A stretch of 62,929 nucleotides of DNA, the filler included, from Octopus bimaculoides (lineage: Eukaryota), in NCBI RefSeq assembly GCF_001194135.2. It is 5 parts of 5 records of this genome, joined end to end, with 100 filler letters (N's around TTAATTAATTAA, not from the genome) between each part and the next. Parts side by side here need not be neighbours in the genome. Positions count along the whole stretch, not along the records: positions 58,280 to 62,929 come from NC_068997.1; 4 more parts are not named here. The stretch is one strand, 5' to 3'. The notes under the pieces were generated by a model. The model was not told the DNA's origin and did no database searches. It saw nothing but the letters and a program-made list of their open reading frames with translations. Shown here piece after piece: positions 59,933 through 62,929 of this stretch; position 1 is the stretch's first letter; each line of letters starts with the position of its first letter. The position numbers were made by a program, and so were the translations under genes.

Positions 59933-61123
59933 NNNNNNNNNNNNNNNNNNNNNNNNNNNNNNNNNNNNNNNNNNNNNNNNNNNNNNNNNNNNNNNNNNNN
60001 NNNNNNNNNNNNNNNNNNNNNNNNNNNNNNNNNNNNNNNNNNNNNNNNNNNNNNNNNNNNNNNNNNNNNNNNNNNNNNNNNNNNNNNNNNNNNNNNNNNN
60101 NNNNNNNNNNNNNNNNNNNNNNNNNNNNNNNNNNNNNNNNNNNNNNNNNNNNNNNNNNNNNNNNNNNNNNNNNNNNNNNNNNNNNNNNNNNNNNNNNNNN
60201 NNNNNNNNNNNNNNNNNNNNNNNNNNNNNNNNNNNNNNNNNNNNNNNNNNNNNNNNNNNNNNNNNNNNNNNNNNNNNNNNNNNNNNNNNNNNNNNNNNNN
60301 NNNNNNNNNNNNNNNNNNNNNNNNNNNNNNNNNNNNNNNNNNNNNNNNNNNNNNNNNNNNNNNNNNNNNNNNNNNNNNNNNNNNNNNNNNNNNNNNNNNN
60401 NNNNNNNNNNNNNNNNNNNNNNNNNNNNNNNNNNNNNNNNNNNNNNNNNNNNNNNNNNNNNNNNNNNNNNNNNNNNNNNNNNNNNNNNNNNNNNNNNNNN
60501 NNNNNNNNNNNNNNNNNNNNNNNNNNNNNNNNNNNNNNNNNNNNNNNNNNNNNNNNNNNNNNNNNNNNNNNNNNNNNNNNNNNNNNNNATATATATATAT
60601 ATATATAATAAAAGTCTGTGCATATGCGCGTGTGTGCGTATATGTGTATGTGTTTGTTTGCGTGTGTGTGTACATATGTATATGTTTATACACATTATAT
60701 ATATGTATAAGTATATACGTGTGTATATGTGTATTGATATCTATACATAATATATATAAATACATATATACATACAAACACATACACACGCACATATATA
60801 TACTTGTTTCTAAATATCTTTATATATAATTAAGTAAATACATACATATTATATATTTATGTTTATACATTATANNNNNNNNNNTACGTTAAGGGAACGT
60901 TAACAAACCATCAGCTGATTTCGAGTGGTGGTTGGACAAACACAAAGACATACACACACGCTCGGACACATGCACACACATATACTAGCAGTCACTAACA
61001 CACATACACATATACATATAGACTCACCCACCCAACGCATGTTCATATGTTTACTTGCACCCCCGCCTCTCTCTCTCTCTCTTTCTCTCTCTCGTTCTCT
61101 GTCTCTCTCGTTCTCTGTCTCTC

Positions 61124-61162
<39 letters not shown>

Positions 61163-61877
61163 ATATAGAGAGATGGAGGAGTAGGTGCGCGTGCATGTAC
61201 CCATTGATACATTCACACATATATGCATAAACAGACATACTAACATGCTCGCCACACATTAATACACACACTGTCACGCATGCAAATACACACATAAATA
61301 TATATACATACGTTTTTATATACATACGTTTTTATATACATACGTTTTTATATACATACATATAATTCAAAAAATCATACGTATATTTTCTCTTATAACT
61401 ACATCTATAACATTAAATATATATTCATATATATATATATANNNNNNNNNNNNNNNNNNNNNNNNNNNNNNNNNNNNNNNNNNNNNNNNNNNNNNNNNNN
61501 NNNNNNNNNNNNNNNNNNNNNNNNNNNNNNNNNNNNNNNNNNNNNNNNNNNNNNNNNNNNNNNNNNNNNNNNNNNNNNNNNNNNNNNNNNNNNNNNNNNN
61601 NNNNNNNNNNNNNNNNNNNNNNNNNNNNNNNNNNNNNNNNNNNNNNNNNNNNNNNNNNNNNNNNNNNNNNNNNNNNNNNNNNNNNNNNNNNNNNNNNNNN
61701 NNNNNNNNNNNNNNNNNNNNNNNNNNNNNNNNNNNNNNNNNNNNNNNNNNNNNNNNNNNNNNNNNNNNNNNNNNNNNNNNNNNNNNNNNNNNNNNNNNNN
61801 NNNNNNNNNNNNNNNNNNNNNNNNNNNNNNNNNNNNNNNNNNNNNNNNNNNNNNNNNNNNNNNNNNNNNNNNNNNNN

Positions 61878-62176
61878 GGGAAGGGGGCAAGTCGATTAGA
61901 TCGACCCCAGTACGCAACTGGTACTTAATTTCCCTACTCTCGCCTCCCCCACATCCAACCGCCATCACCACCACCCCACCTCACACACCACCATACCACA
62001 CAACACCACATCACATCATACCACCACGCACACACTAGCACAGAACACTTCCCAGTCACACACCATCATCCACACATCAAATGCATGAAAGGAAAAGTCG
62101 ATCCCGACGGAATTTGAACTCGGAACGTAAAGACAGACGAAATACCGCTTAGTATTTCGCCCGGCGTGCTAACGCC
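61878..62176 (-). mobile_element. SINE family B split by an ACC-rich insertion
   Basis: GTCGATTAGATCGACCCCAG...GTACTTAATTT, about 150 bp of (ACC/CAC)-rich DNA, then GAAAGGAAAAGTCGA...GAATTTGAACTCGGAACGTAAAGAC...GTGCTAACG. Confidence 0.8.
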
Positions 62177-62768
62177 CATACGTATGTATTTAAAAGTATA
62201 CACATGCACATTTATATATAAGTATATACTTTGATAAACATGTGCACACACATATATATATATATATAGTTTAATGAGTCTTCCTTCTGTCATCTTTATC
62301 CCAAGAACGGACCCTTTCAAAAACGTTGTATAATAGTGCACCGATAAAGCAATTACCCTACATATTTTGTCCTTTCTTCTAAATTATTGCACGCCTTGCC
62401 GATGTAACACCGGTATCATTGAGTTCCGTTGAAACCTTCACACAGACACACACAAACGCACACGCACGCTCGCGCGCACACACACTCACGCACACACACA
62501 CACTTGCACATATTGCGTTTCATCATCCAGCTTGTTTCCAGTATAAATGCGTGGTTACTACTATACTTAGTAGTGTTACTGGTTGTGATATACAGAGAAA
62601 ATGTGGGACAGAATATGCAAACGCAAATTTGTATCGTGTGTTCCCTGGAAAGAATTTCATCATCGTGATTATTCGGAAAATTTGCACTGGATGTTCCGAG
62701 TGCAACCGAATGATGAACCACAACAGATCATCAGAGGAAAACTATACTCTATTATGTTACTGAGAACA

Positions 62769-62808
<40 letters not shown>

Positions 62809-62839
62809 CATATATATATTCGTCATATATATATACGTT

Positions 62840-62929
62840 TGCTTCTAAACTACATGGCTCGGGGTTCAAAATCCCCTGCGTGGCATCTTGGGCAGGTGTC
62901 TTCTCCTGCAATCTTGAGCCGACCAAAGT
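62840..62929 (+). mobile_element. SINE family A 5' part (runs off the window end)
   Basis: GGGGTTCAAAATCCCCTGCGTGGCATCTTGGGCAGGTGTCTTCT...GCCGACCAAAG. Confidence 0.75.

Noticed and set aside
5055-62926. Numerous track ORFs rich in HTHT, YIYI, CVCV, poly-I/L/Y or X
   Set aside because: They are translations of (CA)n, (TA)n and (AAT)n microsatellites or N gaps, many opened at TTG or GTG.

Overview
This is AT-rich, repeat-dense animal genomic DNA from a gappy scaffold. The SINE, RTE-LINE and microsatellite repertoire suggests an octopus (inference from repeat families; not verified). Four identical 44N-TTAATTAATTAA-44N linkers cut the window into five blocks, so long-range order is uncertain. 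Three host genes are supported. (1) Three internal exons of an SLC22-type organic ion transporter on + (3017-3185, 10642-10860, 13908-14131) splice in frame. (2) The first coding exon of a KCNQ (Kv7) potassium channel on - ends at a GT donor after 23725 and carries a very long low-complexity N-terminus interrupted by an N gap. (3) An intact, intronless 395-aa class A GPCR on - (39968-41155) closely resembles vertebrate orphan GPR22. Most of the remainder is transposon debris: RTE LINEs (one lineage with a PHD-type finger inside the RT domain), tRNA-derived SINEs, Tc1/mariner and piggyBac MITEs, several Helitron pieces, fold-back elements and microsatellites. Most other ORFs in the track are microsatellite or gap artefacts. 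I found no CRISPR array, rRNA or intact tRNA, and no clearly new multi-gene system. The best leads are the apparent antisense interleaving of SLC22 and KCNQ, the expanded KCNQ N-terminus with an unresolved start, the GPR22-like receptor, chimeric Helitron ends built from a 91-bp mini-Helitron, the RT-embedded PHD finger, and a decayed tandem array of tRNA-like units at 47.9-49.1 kb.
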